In this document: positions 1 to 9,601 of the stretch, piece by piece
Layout: each line of letters opens with the position of its first letter
Numbering within the stretch: position 1 is the stretch's first letter
Source of the DNA: Burkholderiales bacterium
GTDB lineage: Bacteria; Pseudomonadota; Gammaproteobacteria; Burkholderiales; SG8-41
Direction of reading: 5' to 3'
Assembly (NCBI GenBank): GCA_026125585.1
Contig: JAHCLD010000002.1
Location: forward strand, 1-36,195
Length of the DNA stretch: 36,195 nt
Notes under the pieces: model-generated
Databases searched by the model: none
Told to the model about the DNA's origin: nothing
The model's input: only the letters and a program-made list of their open reading frames with translations
Made by a program: the position numbers and the translations under genes

Positions 1-1
1 G

Positions 2-427
2 CGGCGACTGGCGACCACGGATGCCGCCTGCCTGTGCCCCGGAGTGGCGGAGGAACTCGCGCGCATCGCCGAAACTGCGCCCGGAACCGGCGAGCCGCGG
101 GGAGTCACGCTGGCAAGCCGCGCCGACGGCACTGCCGGCGAGGCCGCGGAACTGCTTGCGCAATGGGAGCGCCGCGACACGCCGGCCATCGTGTTCACCG
201 GCTACCTGCCGCCGGGCACGCCGGCCGAACGGTTGACGCGCAATGGCCGCGCGCAATACCTGCGCTGGAACGTGCATCCGCGGCTGTCGGACAACGCGGC
301 ACTGGTGCGCGGCACCGGCGCGCGCACCGTGCTGCCGGCTTTCGGCGATGCGAAGAAACACCGGGCGGCCTGGGAACGGGCGTTCGCGCCGGCCCGGGTG
401 GCCACCGCGGGCCCCGTCGCGCTGTGA
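2..427 (+). CDS. 3' fragment of a CDS entering from upstream of the window. Product unassigned; the C-terminal region is only weakly reminiscent of MBL-fold/beta-CASP hydrolases.
   Basis: The frame of ORF 44..427 is open back to the window edge, with GC3-rich codon usage. Stop TGA 425-427 overlaps the GTG of the next gene (GTGA coupling). Confidence 0.45.
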   Translation, partial: RRLATTDAACLCPGVAEELARIAETAPGTGEPRGVTLASRADGTAGEAAELLAQWERRDTPAIVFTGYLPPGTPAERLTRNGRAQYLRWNVHPRLSDNAALVRGTGARTVLPAFGDAKKHRAAWERAFAPARVATAGPVAL

Positions 428-969
428 ACGCGACACCGCTGTTCGGCGGCCCCTTCTGCTTCCTGCGCCACGGCGAAACCGAAAACAACCGGCTCGGCCT
501 GGTCGCCGGCGCCAGCGACGTGCCGCTGAACGCCACCGGGCAGGCCCAGGCGCGCGCCGCGGCGGAACGGCTGGCCGGCAGCGGCATCGACGCGATCTGG
601 TCGAGCCCGCTGCAGCGCGCGCACGATACCGCGCTGTGCGTCGCGGCGGTGCTGGGCCTGGACGTGCGCATCGTGCCCGAGATCGCCGAGCGCAGCTGGG
701 GCGAGCTCGAAGGCAGGCCGCGTTCCCTGCGGGTGCGCGGCACGACGCCGCCGGGCGGAGAAAGTCCGGAGGCCTTCGCCGCGCGCACGCTCGCGGGCCT
801 GCGGCGCATCGACGCCAGCCGGCTGCCGCTGGTCGTCGCGCATTCGGGCACCTTCCGCGTGCTCGGTGCCCGGCTGGGACTGCCGCCGCAGGAAGCGCAG
901 GTCGCCAACAGCCAGCCCCTGCGCTTCGCGGCCCGGCCCGACGGCCGCTGGCACTGCGTCGCCCTCTGA
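424..969 (+). CDS. histidine phosphatase family protein (phosphoglycerate-mutase-like)
   Basis: N-terminal FLRHGETENN (RHG catalytic motif) and downstream SSPLQRAHDTA and VVAHSG motifs. GTG at 424 overlaps the upstream stop. The longer ORF 34..969 upstream part is Arg/Ala-rich out-of-frame overlap with the previous gene. Confidence 0.8.
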   Translation: MNATPLFGGPFCFLRHGETENNRLGLVAGASDVPLNATGQAQARAAAERLAGSGIDAIWSSPLQRAHDTALCVAAVLGLDVRIVPEIAERSWGELEGRPRSLRVRGTTPPGGESPEAFAARTLAGLRRIDASRLPLVVAHSGTFRVLGARLGLPPQEAQVANSQPLRFAARPDGRWHCVAL

Positions 970-1189
970 GGGCCGGTCTCCGGGGAACCGCGATAAAATA
1001 GCGGCGCGGCACACGCGACCGCGGCAACCGCCGCCGGTTGACAAGAAACGTGGCCACGAAAACTGATTCCGTCCGATCCGCCAGCCCGGAGAACCGCGCC
1101 GATGAACGATCCCCGGTTCCGCTTCACCGCGAATGTCCGCGCGCGGCCGGCCTGTCCGTGATTTTTCCAATGATTCGAGGCCCATCGCA

Positions 1190-2098
1190 ATGACAGACAA
1201 CAGCACACAACGACCGACCTCCCGCCTGCGCGCGCTGCTGGCGCGTCCCGGCTGCCTGGTCGTGCCCGGCGTCGCCGACGCCTTCGCCGCGCGCATGGTG
1301 AAAATGGAGGGCTTCGAGGCGGTGTACATGACCGGCTTCGGCACCAGCCTGACGCGGCTCGGCATGCCCGACGTCGGCCTGCTGACCGCGAACGAGATGA
1401 TCGACAACGCGGGCCGCATCGCCGACGCCTCCGGCCTGCCGGTGATCGCCGACGCCGACACCGGCTACGGCAATCCGATCAACACCCGGCGCACGATCCG
1501 CGACTACGAAAAGGCCGGCGTCGCCGGCGTGCACCTCGAGGACCAGGCCTGGCCCAAGCGCTGCGGCCACCTCGCCGGCAAGCGCGTGATCCCGACCGCG
1601 GAAATGGTGGCCAAGATCAAGGCCGCCTGCGACGCCCGGCGCGACGGCGATTTCGTCATCATCACCCGCACCGACGCGATCGCGGTCGAGGGCATGGATG
1701 CCGCGCTGGAGCGCGGCGAGCGTTACCGCGAGGCCGGCGCCGACGTGCTGTTCATCGAGGCGCCGGTCGGCCGCGAACAGGTGGACATCGTGTCGAAGCG
1801 TTTCCAGGGCGTGCCGCTGCTCTACAACATGGCCTCCAGCGGCAAGACGCCGGACCTGCCCGCCGAAGAACTCGGCAGGCTCGGCTTCAAGATCGCGATC
1901 TATCCGAACTGGATCATGCTCGCGGCGATTCCCGCGATGCAGAACCTGCTGCGCGAACTGAAGAAGACCGGCTCGATCGCCCACATGCGCGACAAGGTCG
2001 CGAACTTCAAACAGTTCACCGACATCGCGGGCCTGCCGGAAATCCAGGAACTGGAAAATCGCTACGGCCTGCCGGAAGACCAGCGCGCCGCACTCTGA
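1190..2098 (+). CDS. isocitrate lyase / PEP mutase family lyase (2-methylisocitrate-lyase-like, substrate unknown)
   Basis: Family motifs are present: PGVADAFAARM, DADTGYGN, HLEDQAWPKRCGH (K-R-C-G-H catalytic loop), FIEAP. ATG at 1190 (MTDNST) chosen inside ORF 1133..2098. Confidence 0.85.
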   Translation: MTDNSTQRPTSRLRALLARPGCLVVPGVADAFAARMVKMEGFEAVYMTGFGTSLTRLGMPDVGLLTANEMIDNAGRIADASGLPVIADADTGYGNPINTRRTIRDYEKAGVAGVHLEDQAWPKRCGHLAGKRVIPTAEMVAKIKAACDARRDGDFVIITRTDAIAVEGMDAALERGERYREAGADVLFIEAPVGREQVDIVSKRFQGVPLLYNMASSGKTPDLPAEELGRLGFKIAIYPNWIMLAAIPAMQNLLRELKKTGSIAHMRDKVANFKQFTDIAGLPEIQELENRYGLPEDQRAAL

Positions 2099-2101
2099 TG
2101 A

Positions 2102-2126
2102 ATTTTATAAGTATTTGATTTTATTG
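2102..2126 (+). repeat. AT-rich 25-bp element ATTTTATAAGTATTTGATTTTATTG, copy A. It fills most of the 36-nt spacer before the leuC-like start.
   Basis: Exact reverse complement of 12405-12429. It contains the reverse complement of an IHF-like WATCAANNNNTTR match and the core GATTTTATTGA. Confidence 0.9.
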
Positions 2127-2134
2127 AATATTTT

Positions 2135-3550
2135 ATGACTTCGCCACGCACCCTGTTCGACAAGATCTGGGACAGCCACGTCATCATCCAGCGTCCCGGC
2201 GGCGACACGCTGCTGCACATCGACCGCAATTTCGTGCACGAAGGCTCCTTCCATGCCTTCGGCGCGCTGGCCAAGGAAGATCGCAAGGTACGCAAGCCGC
2301 GGCAGAACTTCGCGGTCGCCGACCATTACGTGCCGACCGTCGGCCGCGAGCGCGGGCTCGACGCGACCGAGGACGCCGATGCGCGGCACATGATCCAGCT
2401 GCTCGAGGAAAACTGCCGCGTCAACGGCGTCGCGCACTTCGGCATGGACGACGCGCGCCAGGGCATCGTCCACGTGATCGGCCCGGAGCTCGGCATCACC
2501 CAGCCGGGGCTGACCATCACCTGCGGCGACTCGCACACCTCGACCCACGGCGCGCTCGGCGCCTATGCGCTGGGCACCGGCGCCTCGCAGTTGAAGCAGA
2601 TCCTCGCCACGCAGTGCCTGTGGCTGAAAAAGCCGAAGACGCTGCGCGTGACCGTCAACGGCAGGCTCGGCCCCGGCGTCACCGGCAAGGACGTGGTGCT
2701 GGCGATCATCGCCAAAATCGGCGCCGCCGGCGCCACCGGGCATGTCATCGAATTCGCGGGACCCGCGATCCGCGGCCTGACCATCGAAGGCCGGCTGACG
2801 GTCTGCAACATGGCGATCGAGGCCGGCGGGCGCGCCGGCATGATCGCGCCCGACGACGCGGTCTATGAATACCTGCACGGCCGCGAGTACGCGCCGAAAG
2901 GCGCCGACTGGGAACGCGCGCTGGCGCAGTGGCGCGCGCTGCCGACCGACGACGGCGCGCGCTTCGACCGCGAGGTGACGCTCGACGGCGCCGCGCTGGA
3001 GCCGATGCTGACCTGGGGTACCAGCCCCGAGGAGGCGCTGCCGGTGTCGGGCCGCATCCCCGACCCGCAGTCGCTGGGCGACGCCGACAAACGCGCGCAC
3101 GCGCTGCAGGCGCTGGCCTACATGGATCTGAAGCCGGGCATGGTGCTGACCGACATCCGCATCGACCGCGCCTTCATCGGCAGCTGCACCAACGGCCGCA
3201 TCGAGGACCTGCGCGCCGCGGCCGCGGTGCTGAAGGGCCGCAAATCGATGATCCCGGCGTGGATCTCGCCCGGCTCCACCGCGCTGAAGGCGCAGGCCGA
3301 GGCCGAGGGGCTGCACCGCATCTTCCTCGACGCCGGCGTCGAATGGCGCGCCTCGGGCTGCTCGAGCTGCGCGGCGATGAACGGCGACAAGGTGCCGCCG
3401 GGCCTGCGCTGCGCCTCGACCTCGAACCGCAACTTCGAAGGCCGCCAGGGCAAGGGCGCGCGCACCCACCTGATGAGCCCGGCGATGGCCGCCGCGGCGA
3501 TGGTTACCGGCCGCGTCACCGACGTGCGCGCGCTGCTTTCCGGGAACTGA
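2135..3550 (+). CDS. leuC: 3-isopropylmalate dehydratase large subunit family (aconitase-superfamily hydro-lyase, LeuC-type). Probably a paralog rather than the leucine-pathway enzyme.
   Basis: 471 aa. N-terminus TLFDKIWDSHV..LHIDRNFVHE, plus CGDSHT, GSCTNGR and ASTSNRNFEGRQG motifs (Fe-S cluster Cys ligands). Confidence 0.8.
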   Translation: MTSPRTLFDKIWDSHVIIQRPGGDTLLHIDRNFVHEGSFHAFGALAKEDRKVRKPRQNFAVADHYVPTVGRERGLDATEDADARHMIQLLEENCRVNGVAHFGMDDARQGIVHVIGPELGITQPGLTITCGDSHTSTHGALGAYALGTGASQLKQILATQCLWLKKPKTLRVTVNGRLGPGVTGKDVVLAIIAKIGAAGATGHVIEFAGPAIRGLTIEGRLTVCNMAIEAGGRAGMIAPDDAVYEYLHGREYAPKGADWERALAQWRALPTDDGARFDREVTLDGAALEPMLTWGTSPEEALPVSGRIPDPQSLGDADKRAHALQALAYMDLKPGMVLTDIRIDRAFIGSCTNGRIEDLRAAAAVLKGRKSMIPAWISPGSTALKAQAEAEGLHRIFLDAGVEWRASGCSSCAAMNGDKVPPGLRCASTSNRNFEGRQGKGARTHLMSPAMAAAAMVTGRVTDVRALLSGN

Positions 3551-3551
3551 G

Positions 3552-4166
3552 ATGAAGCCTTTCTCCACGCTCACCGCCGTCGCCGCGCCGATCGACATGG
3601 CGAACATCGACACCGACCGCATCATCCCCGTGCGTTTCCTGCGCAAGCTGCGCAACGAGAAGGCGGGCTACGATCCCTACCTGTTCCACGACATGCGTTT
3701 CGGCAACAACGGCGGAGAAAACCCGGATTTCGTGCTCAACCGCCCTGCATACCGCAATGCCGGCATCCTCGTCGCCGGCGCCAACTTCGGCTGCGGCTCC
3801 TCGCGCGAGGGCGCGGTGTATGCCCTGCTCGACTACGGCATCCGCGCGGTGATCGCGCCCTCCTTCGGGGACATCCATTACGCCAACGAGCTGCAGAACG
3901 GCATGCTGCCGGTGACGCTGCCGGAGGAAATCTGCCGCGGCCTGCGCGCCCAGCTGCAGGCGCAACCCGGCGCGACGCTGGCCATCGACCTGCCGGCGCA
4001 GACGGTCACCGATACCGAAGGCACGGCGCATCCCTTCATGATCGATCCGGTCTACAAGGAGCGCCTGCTGAAAGGCCTCGACGACATCGGCCTGGTTCTG
4101 GAAAACACCGCCGCCATCGAGGCCTTCGAAAAAGGCTATCACGCGCAACGGCCCTGGCTGGCCTGA
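3552..4166 (+). CDS. leuD: 3-isopropylmalate dehydratase small subunit family (LeuD-type swivel domain)
   Basis: 204 aa starting 1 nt after the large-subunit stop. Motifs DTDRIIP, NFGCGSSREGAV and VIAPSFGDI. Confidence 0.8.
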   Translation: MKPFSTLTAVAAPIDMANIDTDRIIPVRFLRKLRNEKAGYDPYLFHDMRFGNNGGENPDFVLNRPAYRNAGILVAGANFGCGSSREGAVYALLDYGIRAVIAPSFGDIHYANELQNGMLPVTLPEEICRGLRAQLQAQPGATLAIDLPAQTVTDTEGTAHPFMIDPVYKERLLKGLDDIGLVLENTAAIEAFEKGYHAQRPWLA

Positions 4167-4182
4167 ACGCGGAGACGCCGCC

Positions 4183-5148
4183 ATGCTGATCAACAGCGTC
4201 GCCTACAGGGATGGACGGAAGGTCGCCGACGTCGCGCGTGAGGACATCCGCACCTGGCGCGGGCGCAGCGACTGCATCCTGTGGGTCGCCGTGCGCGATC
4301 CCGAGCCCCACGAGCTGGAGCAGCTCGAGGAGGAATTCGACCTGCACCACCTCGCGGTGGAGGACGCGCGCCACGGCCACCAACGGCCGAAGTTCGAGGA
4401 ATATGGCGACTCGCTGTTCTTCGTGCTGCACATGCTGGAGCCCGACGGCGACGACCTGCACGTCGGCGAGGTCGACATCTTCGTCGCGAGCAACTACGTG
4501 CTGTCGGTGCGCAGCCGCAGCCAGCGCAATTTCGCCGACGTGCGCGCGCGCTGCGAACGCGAGCCCGGACTGATGCGGCACGGCACCGGCTACATCCTCT
4601 ACGCGCTGATGGATGCGGTGGTCGACCGCTACTTCCCGATCCTCGACGACATCGAGACCCGCCTCGAAACCATCGAAAGCCAGATCTTCGCCGGCAAATC
4701 GGCGCGCGACAACATCGAGGCGCTCTACGACCTGAAGCAGAAGCTGATGACGCTCAAGCACGCGACGGGGCCGCTGCTCGAAGCCGCCGGCAAGCTGCAC
4801 GGCGGCCGCGTGCCGCAGGTCTGCGCCGGGCTCAACGACTATTTCCGCGACGTATCCGACCATCTGGTGCGCATCAACCAGAACATCGACGCCGCGCGCG
4901 AGATGATCACCACGGCGATCTCGGTCAACCTGTCGCTGATCACGCTGCAGGAGAACGAGGTCACCAAACGGCTCGCCGGCTACGCCGCGCTGGTCGCGGT
5001 GCCGACGCTGATCGCCGGCATCTACGGCATGAACTTCCAGCACATGCCGGAGCTCGCCTGGCGCTGGGGCTACCCTCTTGCCATCGGCGCGATGATCGTC
5101 ATCGACAGCTATCTGTTCTGGCGTTTCCGCAAGGCGAAGTGGCTGTAA
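4183..5148 (+). CDS. corA: CorA family magnesium/cobalt transporter
   Basis: 321 aa with a C-terminal two-TM region carrying the signature YGMNF (GMN motif). Confidence 0.9.
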   Translation: MLINSVAYRDGRKVADVAREDIRTWRGRSDCILWVAVRDPEPHELEQLEEEFDLHHLAVEDARHGHQRPKFEEYGDSLFFVLHMLEPDGDDLHVGEVDIFVASNYVLSVRSRSQRNFADVRARCEREPGLMRHGTGYILYALMDAVVDRYFPILDDIETRLETIESQIFAGKSARDNIEALYDLKQKLMTLKHATGPLLEAAGKLHGGRVPQVCAGLNDYFRDVSDHLVRINQNIDAAREMITTAISVNLSLITLQENEVTKRLAGYAALVAVPTLIAGIYGMNFQHMPELAWRWGYPLAIGAMIVIDSYLFWRFRKAKWL

Positions 5149-6371
5149 GCCCTGCCGCCGTCATCGGCGGCGGCCCGGCCGGGCTGATGGCCGCGGAGGC
5201 GCTGCTCGCGGGCGGCGTCGCGGTCGATCTCTACGACGCGATGCCCTCGGTCGGCCGCAAGTTCCTGCTGGCCGGCAAGGGCGGCCTCAACATCACCCAT
5301 GCCGAGGACGAAGAATCCTTCCTGTCGCGTTATGGCGCGCGCCGGCCGCAGTTCGAACCACTGCTGAAAACCTTCGGCGCGGCGCAGTTGCGCGACTGGG
5401 TGCACGGCCTCGGCATCGAAACCTTCACCGGCACTTCGCAACGGGTGTTCCCGAAAGGGATGAAGGCGGCGCCGCTGCTGCGCGCCTGGCTGCAGCGGCT
5501 GCGCGCGGCGGGCCTGCGCATCCACGTCCGCCATCGCTGGACCGGCTGGAGCGAGGACGGCGCGCTGCGTTTCGCGACGCCGCAGGGCGAAAAAACCGTG
5601 CGCCCGCGCTGCACGGTGCTCGCGCCCGGCGGCGGCAGCTGGGCGCGGCTGGGCTCCGACGGCGCCTGGGTGCCCCTGCTCGAAGCGCGCGGCGTCGCGG
5701 TCGCGCCGCTGCGGCCGGCGAATTGCGGCTTCGAGGTTGCCTGGAGCGCCCATTTCCACGAACGTTTCGCCGGGCAGCCGGTGAAAGCGGTCACTGCCTC
5801 GTTCAGCGACGCCGCGGGCATATCGCACCGTCGCCGCGGCGAACTGCTGGTCAGCGAGTACGGCATCGAAGGCAGCCTGGTCTATGCGCTGTCGGCGCCG
5901 CTGCGCGACACGATCGCAGACCGCGGCAACGCCATACTCATGCTCGACCTGCTCCCGGACCACGACGCCGCGCGGGTATTGCGGGAAGTTTCGCACCCGC
6001 GCGGCTCGCGCTCGCTGGCGAGCCACCTGCAGGGCCGGCTCGGCTTGAAGGGCGTGAAAATCGCACTGCTGCGCGAGGTGCTGCCGGCCGCGGACATGCA
6101 CGATCCGGCGAAACTGGCCGCGACGATCAAGGCGCTGCCGCTGAAACTCACCGCGCCGCGGCCCCTCGATGAAGCGATCAGCAGTGCCGGCGGCCTGCCC
6201 TTCGAAGCCCTCGACGAACACCTGATGCTGAAGCGGATGCCCGGCGTGTTCTGTGCCGGAGAAATGCTCGACTGGGAAGCGCCGACCGGGGGTTACCTGC
6301 TGACTGCGTGTTTTGCGAGCGGCCGGGCGGCCGGATCGGGCGCCGCGCGATGGTCAGCGGGGCAGCAGTAG
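5139..6371 (+). CDS. NAD(P)/FAD-dependent oxidoreductase, HI0933/BaiN-like (TIGR03862-type flavoprotein)
   Basis: GTG at 5139 gives [20 protein letters not shown] (Rossmann GxGxxG) followed by [16 protein letters not shown] and a C-terminal [18 protein letters not shown]. The upstream 286 codons of ORF 4281..6371 overlap corA out of frame and are Arg/Ala-rich. Confidence 0.75.
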   Translation: MAVSPAAVIGGGPAGLMAAEALLAGGVAVDLYDAMPSVGRKFLLAGKGGLNITHAEDEESFLSRYGARRPQFEPLLKTFGAAQLRDWVHGLGIETFTGTSQRVFPKGMKAAPLLRAWLQRLRAAGLRIHVRHRWTGWSEDGALRFATPQGEKTVRPRCTVLAPGGGSWARLGSDGAWVPLLEARGVAVAPLRPANCGFEVAWSAHFHERFAGQPVKAVTASFSDAAGISHRRRGELLVSEYGIEGSLVYALSAPLRDTIADRGNAILMLDLLPDHDAARVLREVSHPRGSRSLASHLQGRLGLKGVKIALLREVLPAADMHDPAKLAATIKALPLKLTAPRPLDEAISSAGGLPFEALDEHLMLKRMPGVFCAGEMLDWEAPTGGYLLTACFASGRAAGSGAARWSAGQQ

Positions 6372-7490
6372 TTCGAGAATCCGGCGGTAGATCTTTTCGA
6401 GCGGCGCCACTTCCGCCACCGGCAGGCATTCGTCGACCTTGTGAATGGTGGCGTTCGTCGGCCCGAACTCGACGACCTGCGGACAGATGTCGGCGATGAA
6501 ACGGCCATCCGAAGTGCCGCCGGTGGTCGACAGTTCGGTGTCGACGCCGGTGATTTCGCGGATTGCCTGCGAGACCGCGGCGACGAGGTCGCCCTTGGGC
6601 GTCAGGAAAGGCCGGCCATCGAGGCGCCATTCGAGGTCATAACGGAGATCGTGCCTGTCGAGGATGCCGTGAACCCGGGTCTGCAGCGATTCGACCGTGC
6701 TCGCCGTCGAGAAACGGAAGTTGAACTGCACGCGCGCCGTGCCGGGAATGACATTGTTGGCGCCGGTACCGGCGTTGAAATTGGAAATCTGCCAGGTCGT
6801 CGGCGGAAAATATTCGTTGCCGCGGTCCCATTCGGTGGCGGCCAGTTCGGCGACCGCCGGCGCGACTTCGTGGATCGGATTCTTCGCCATGTGCGGATAG
6901 GCGACGTGGCCCTGCACGCCATTGACGGTCAGGATGCCGGTCAGCGAGCCGCGGCGCCCGTTCTTGATCGTGTCGCCGAGCCTTTTGACCGAGGTCGGTT
7001 CGCCGACGATGCAATAGTCGAGTTTCTCGCCGCGCCGCGCCAGCGCCTCGACCACGCGCACCGTGCCGTCGGTGGCCGGGCCTTCCTCGTCGGAGGTGAA
7101 CATGACCGCGATCGAACCCGGGTGGTCGGGATTGGCCCCGACGAACCCGCGGATCGCCACGACGAACGCGGCGATCGAGGTTTTCATGTCGGAAGCCCCG
7201 CGGCCGTAAAGGATGCCGTCCCTGATCGTGGGTGTGAACGGGTCGATGCCCCAGTTTTCGACCGGGCCGGTCGGCACGACATCGGTGTGGCCTGCGAAGC
7301 AGACCAGCGGCGCGGCGCGGCCGCGGCGGGCCCAGAGGTTGGTGGTGCCGTTGCTGGCAATGATTTCGCAGTCGAAACCCAGCGGCTTCAACTGTGCCAT
7401 CACCAGGTCGAGGCAGCCTGCGTCATCGGGCGAGACCGAAGGGCGCGCAATCAGTTGCTGTGTCAGTTCCAGGGTATCGATGATTTCCAT
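6354..7490 (-). CDS. dapE: succinyl-diaminopimelate desuccinylase
   Basis: 378 aa from ATG 7490 ([23 protein letters not shown]). Motifs [26 protein letters not shown] and RGSL. Converges on and overlaps the flavoprotein 3' end by 18 nt. Confidence 0.9.
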   Translation of the reverse strand: MEIIDTLELTQQLIARPSVSPDDAGCLDLVMAQLKPLGFDCEIIASNGTTNLWARRGRAAPLVCFAGHTDVVPTGPVENWGIDPFTPTIRDGILYGRGASDMKTSIAAFVVAIRGFVGANPDHPGSIAVMFTSDEEGPATDGTVRVVEALARRGEKLDYCIVGEPTSVKRLGDTIKNGRRGSLTGILTVNGVQGHVAYPHMAKNPIHEVAPAVAELAATEWDRGNEYFPPTTWQISNFNAGTGANNVIPGTARVQFNFRFSTASTVESLQTRVHGILDRHDLRYDLEWRLDGRPFLTPKGDLVAAVSQAIREITGVDTELSTTGGTSDGRFIADICPQVVEFGPTNATIHKVDECLPVAEVAPLEKIYRRILELLLPR

Positions 7491-7596
7491 TGAATGGGCT
7501 TTTCGCGGGGATCTGGCGGGGTACCTGTGTCGTGCATGGTAGCAAAGAGCGGTTAAAATCTCCGCTCTTCCGCAGCTCCCTGCCGTGCACACCGCC

Positions 7597-8592
7597 ATGA
7601 CCACCCTGCTCGTTTCCCACCGACTGCACGCCGAACACGGCGCGGATCTCGCCGCGCGGGCGCGGCAAATGGGCATGGGGCTGGAGCTGGTCGTGCTGCC
7701 CGCCGATCCCGAAGGCCGGCTCGAAGCGGCGGAATGCGCGCGGCTCGATCTCGCATTTTTCTCTTCCGACGTGATTCCGCAGCACGGGCGGCAATTTTTT
7801 TCGACCGTGCGCAAGGCGCCGGCACTGAAATGGCTGCATGTGTTCAACGCCGGTGTCGATCATCCGGTCTTCAGCGAAATGCTCCAGCGCGGCGTGCGCC
7901 TGAGCACTTCGTCCGGATCCACGGCCGTGCCGATCGCCCAGACCGCCATCGCCGGACTGCTGATGCTGGCCCGCAATGTCCCGCGCTGGCTGCGCGGCCA
8001 GCAGGAACGCCGCTGGGACCCGATGCGGTCCCCGGATTTTCCGCGCGATCTCGCCGGCCAGACGGTACTGATTTACGGCCTCGGCAGCATCGGGCGGGAA
8101 ATCGCCCGGCTGGCGCGCGTACTGGGGCTCCGGGTCATCGGCATCCGCCGCAGTCCGCAGCAGCCCGGCGATCCGGTCGACGAACTGCATCCGCCGCAGC
8201 GGCTGGCGGCGCTGCTGCCCCGCGCCGACTGGCTGGTCCTGGCCGCGCCGCTGACCGACGAAACCCGCGGCCTGATCGACGCGGACATGCTGGCACGCCT
8301 GCCCGCAGGGGCGCGCATCATCAATGTTGCGCGCGGCGAGATCATCGACGAAACTGCGCTGGTGGCAGCCCTGCGCGACGGCCGGCTCGGCGGCGCCTAT
8401 CTCGACGTGTTCGAAAAGGAGCCGCTGGCCGCGGATTCGCCGCTGTGGACGCTGCCCGATGTGCTGGTTTCCCCGCACAATTCGGCGGCGGCGCAAGGCA
8501 ACGATGGCCGGGTGTACGAGATGTTTCTGGCCAACCTGAAACGCTGGCATCTGGGCGAACCACTCGACAACGAAGTGCCGGCAAACCAATAA
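7597..8592 (+). CDS. D-isomer-specific 2-hydroxyacid dehydrogenase family protein
   Basis: NAD-binding [17 protein letters not shown], then [13 protein letters not shown] and VSPHNS. ATG 7597 preferred over GTG 7585. Confidence 0.8.
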   Translation: MTTLLVSHRLHAEHGADLAARARQMGMGLELVVLPADPEGRLEAAECARLDLAFFSSDVIPQHGRQFFSTVRKAPALKWLHVFNAGVDHPVFSEMLQRGVRLSTSSGSTAVPIAQTAIAGLLMLARNVPRWLRGQQERRWDPMRSPDFPRDLAGQTVLIYGLGSIGREIARLARVLGLRVIGIRRSPQQPGDPVDELHPPQRLAALLPRADWLVLAAPLTDETRGLIDADMLARLPAGARIINVARGEIIDETALVAALRDGRLGGAYLDVFEKEPLAADSPLWTLPDVLVSPHNSAAAQGNDGRVYEMFLANLKRWHLGEPLDNEVPANQ

Positions 8593-8604
8593 AAAGGAGG
8601 AAAG

Positions 8605-9570
8605 ATGAGGAAAATCAACAGTTTGATTGCAGGTCTCGGATTGCTGGTGGCGGCGGCGCCGGTACTGGCCCAGAACTGGCCCGCGCGCACGGTGCGCATC
8701 ATCGTGCCCTATGCCGCGGGCGGCAATACCGACTATACGGCGCGCACCGTTGCCGCCAAGGTTTCGGAAATGTGGGGCCAGCAGGTGATCGTCGACAACC
8801 GGCCCGGCGGCGGCACCAACATCGGCTCGGAGCTCGCAGCCGCTGCCGCACCCGACGGTTACACGCTGTTCATGGGCGGGGCCTCCAATGCGATCAACAT
8901 GACGCTGTACGCGAAGCCCCCGTATAACACCGCGCGCGATTTCCAGCCGGTGGTCTGGTGCGTGCAGGGCGCCGCCCTGCTTGCCGCGCATCCCTCGCTG
9001 CCGGCAAAAAACGTGAAGGAACTGATCGCGCTGGCCAAGGCGCGCCCGGGCCAGCTCAATTACGGCCACGCCGGACTCGGCAGCTCCAACCACATGGCGG
9101 GCGAGCTGCTGAAATACATGACCGGGATCAACATCGTGCACGTGCCGTACAAGGGCAACACGCCTTCCATCACCGATGCCATCGCCGGCAACGTCGAGAT
9201 GGTGTTCAGCGGCGTGCCCGCGCTGGTGCCGCACATCAAGACCGGACGGCTGCGCCCGATTGCCATCAGCAGCCTGGAGCGTTTCCCCGCGGTGCCCGAG
9301 ATTCCCACGTTCCACGAGTCGGGTGTCAAGGGTTATGAAGCCAGCAACTGGTTCGGCCTGATGGCACCGAGCAAGGTCTCCCGCGACATCGTCAACAAGG
9401 TGAACACCGACGCGAACAAGGCGCTGGCCATGAAGGACGTGCGCGAGAGGTTCGACCGCGACGGCCTCATCACCAAGGGCGGCACCATCGAGGAGTTCGA
9501 CAAATTCATCCGCGCCGAAACCGAGAAGTACGCCAACGTCATCAAGAAAGCCGGCATCAAGCAGCTGTAA
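8605..9570 (+). CDS. Bug/TctC family periplasmic substrate-binding protein (tripartite tricarboxylate transporter receptor)
   Basis: Strong SD AAGGAGG. Signal peptide, then NWPARTVRIIVPYAAGGNTDYTAR, VDNRPGGG and VPYKG motifs. Confidence 0.85.
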   Translation: MRKINSLIAGLGLLVAAAPVLAQNWPARTVRIIVPYAAGGNTDYTARTVAAKVSEMWGQQVIVDNRPGGGTNIGSELAAAAAPDGYTLFMGGASNAINMTLYAKPPYNTARDFQPVVWCVQGAALLAAHPSLPAKNVKELIALAKARPGQLNYGHAGLGSSNHMAGELLKYMTGINIVHVPYKGNTPSITDAIAGNVEMVFSGVPALVPHIKTGRLRPIAISSLERFPAVPEIPTFHESGVKGYEASNWFGLMAPSKVSRDIVNKVNTDANKALAMKDVRERFDRDGLITKGGTIEEFDKFIRAETEKYANVIKKAGIKQL

Positions 9571-9601
9571 TGCAATCCACCCCTAGCGAGGAGAAATTCC
9601 C

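Noticed and set aside
1039-1075. TTGACA hexamer and a TGGCCAC-like sequence upstream of the lyase gene, considered as a sigma70 or sigma54 promoter
   Set aside because: There is no acceptable -10 hexamer at 16-18 nt and no GC element at the -12 spacing for sigma54.
4281-5138. N-terminal 286 codons of the 696-aa ORF 4281..6371
   Set aside because: This part overlaps corA in another frame and is Arg/Ala-rich. The flavoprotein homology (GGGPAG Rossmann motif) begins right after GTG 5139.
7491-7847. Upstream extension of the dapE ORF (497 aa)
   Set aside because: DapE homology starts at [13 protein letters not shown] (ATG 7490). The extension is Ser/Arg/Ala-rich and overlaps the divergent dehydrogenase gene.
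7423-9315. 630-aa - strand ORF, and similar long antisense ORFs (202..1461, 2105..3655, 4036..5043, 13788..14933, 15894..17222, 17192..18763, 18669..20210, 21985..23328, 24553..25614, 25446..26741, 27296..28453, 31280..32356, 33091..34530, 34527..35774)
   Set aside because: Each overlaps a motif-bearing gene on the opposite strand. All are low-complexity Arg/Ala/Gly/Pro-rich with no domain signatures, and stop codons are simply rare in these frames of GC-rich sequence.
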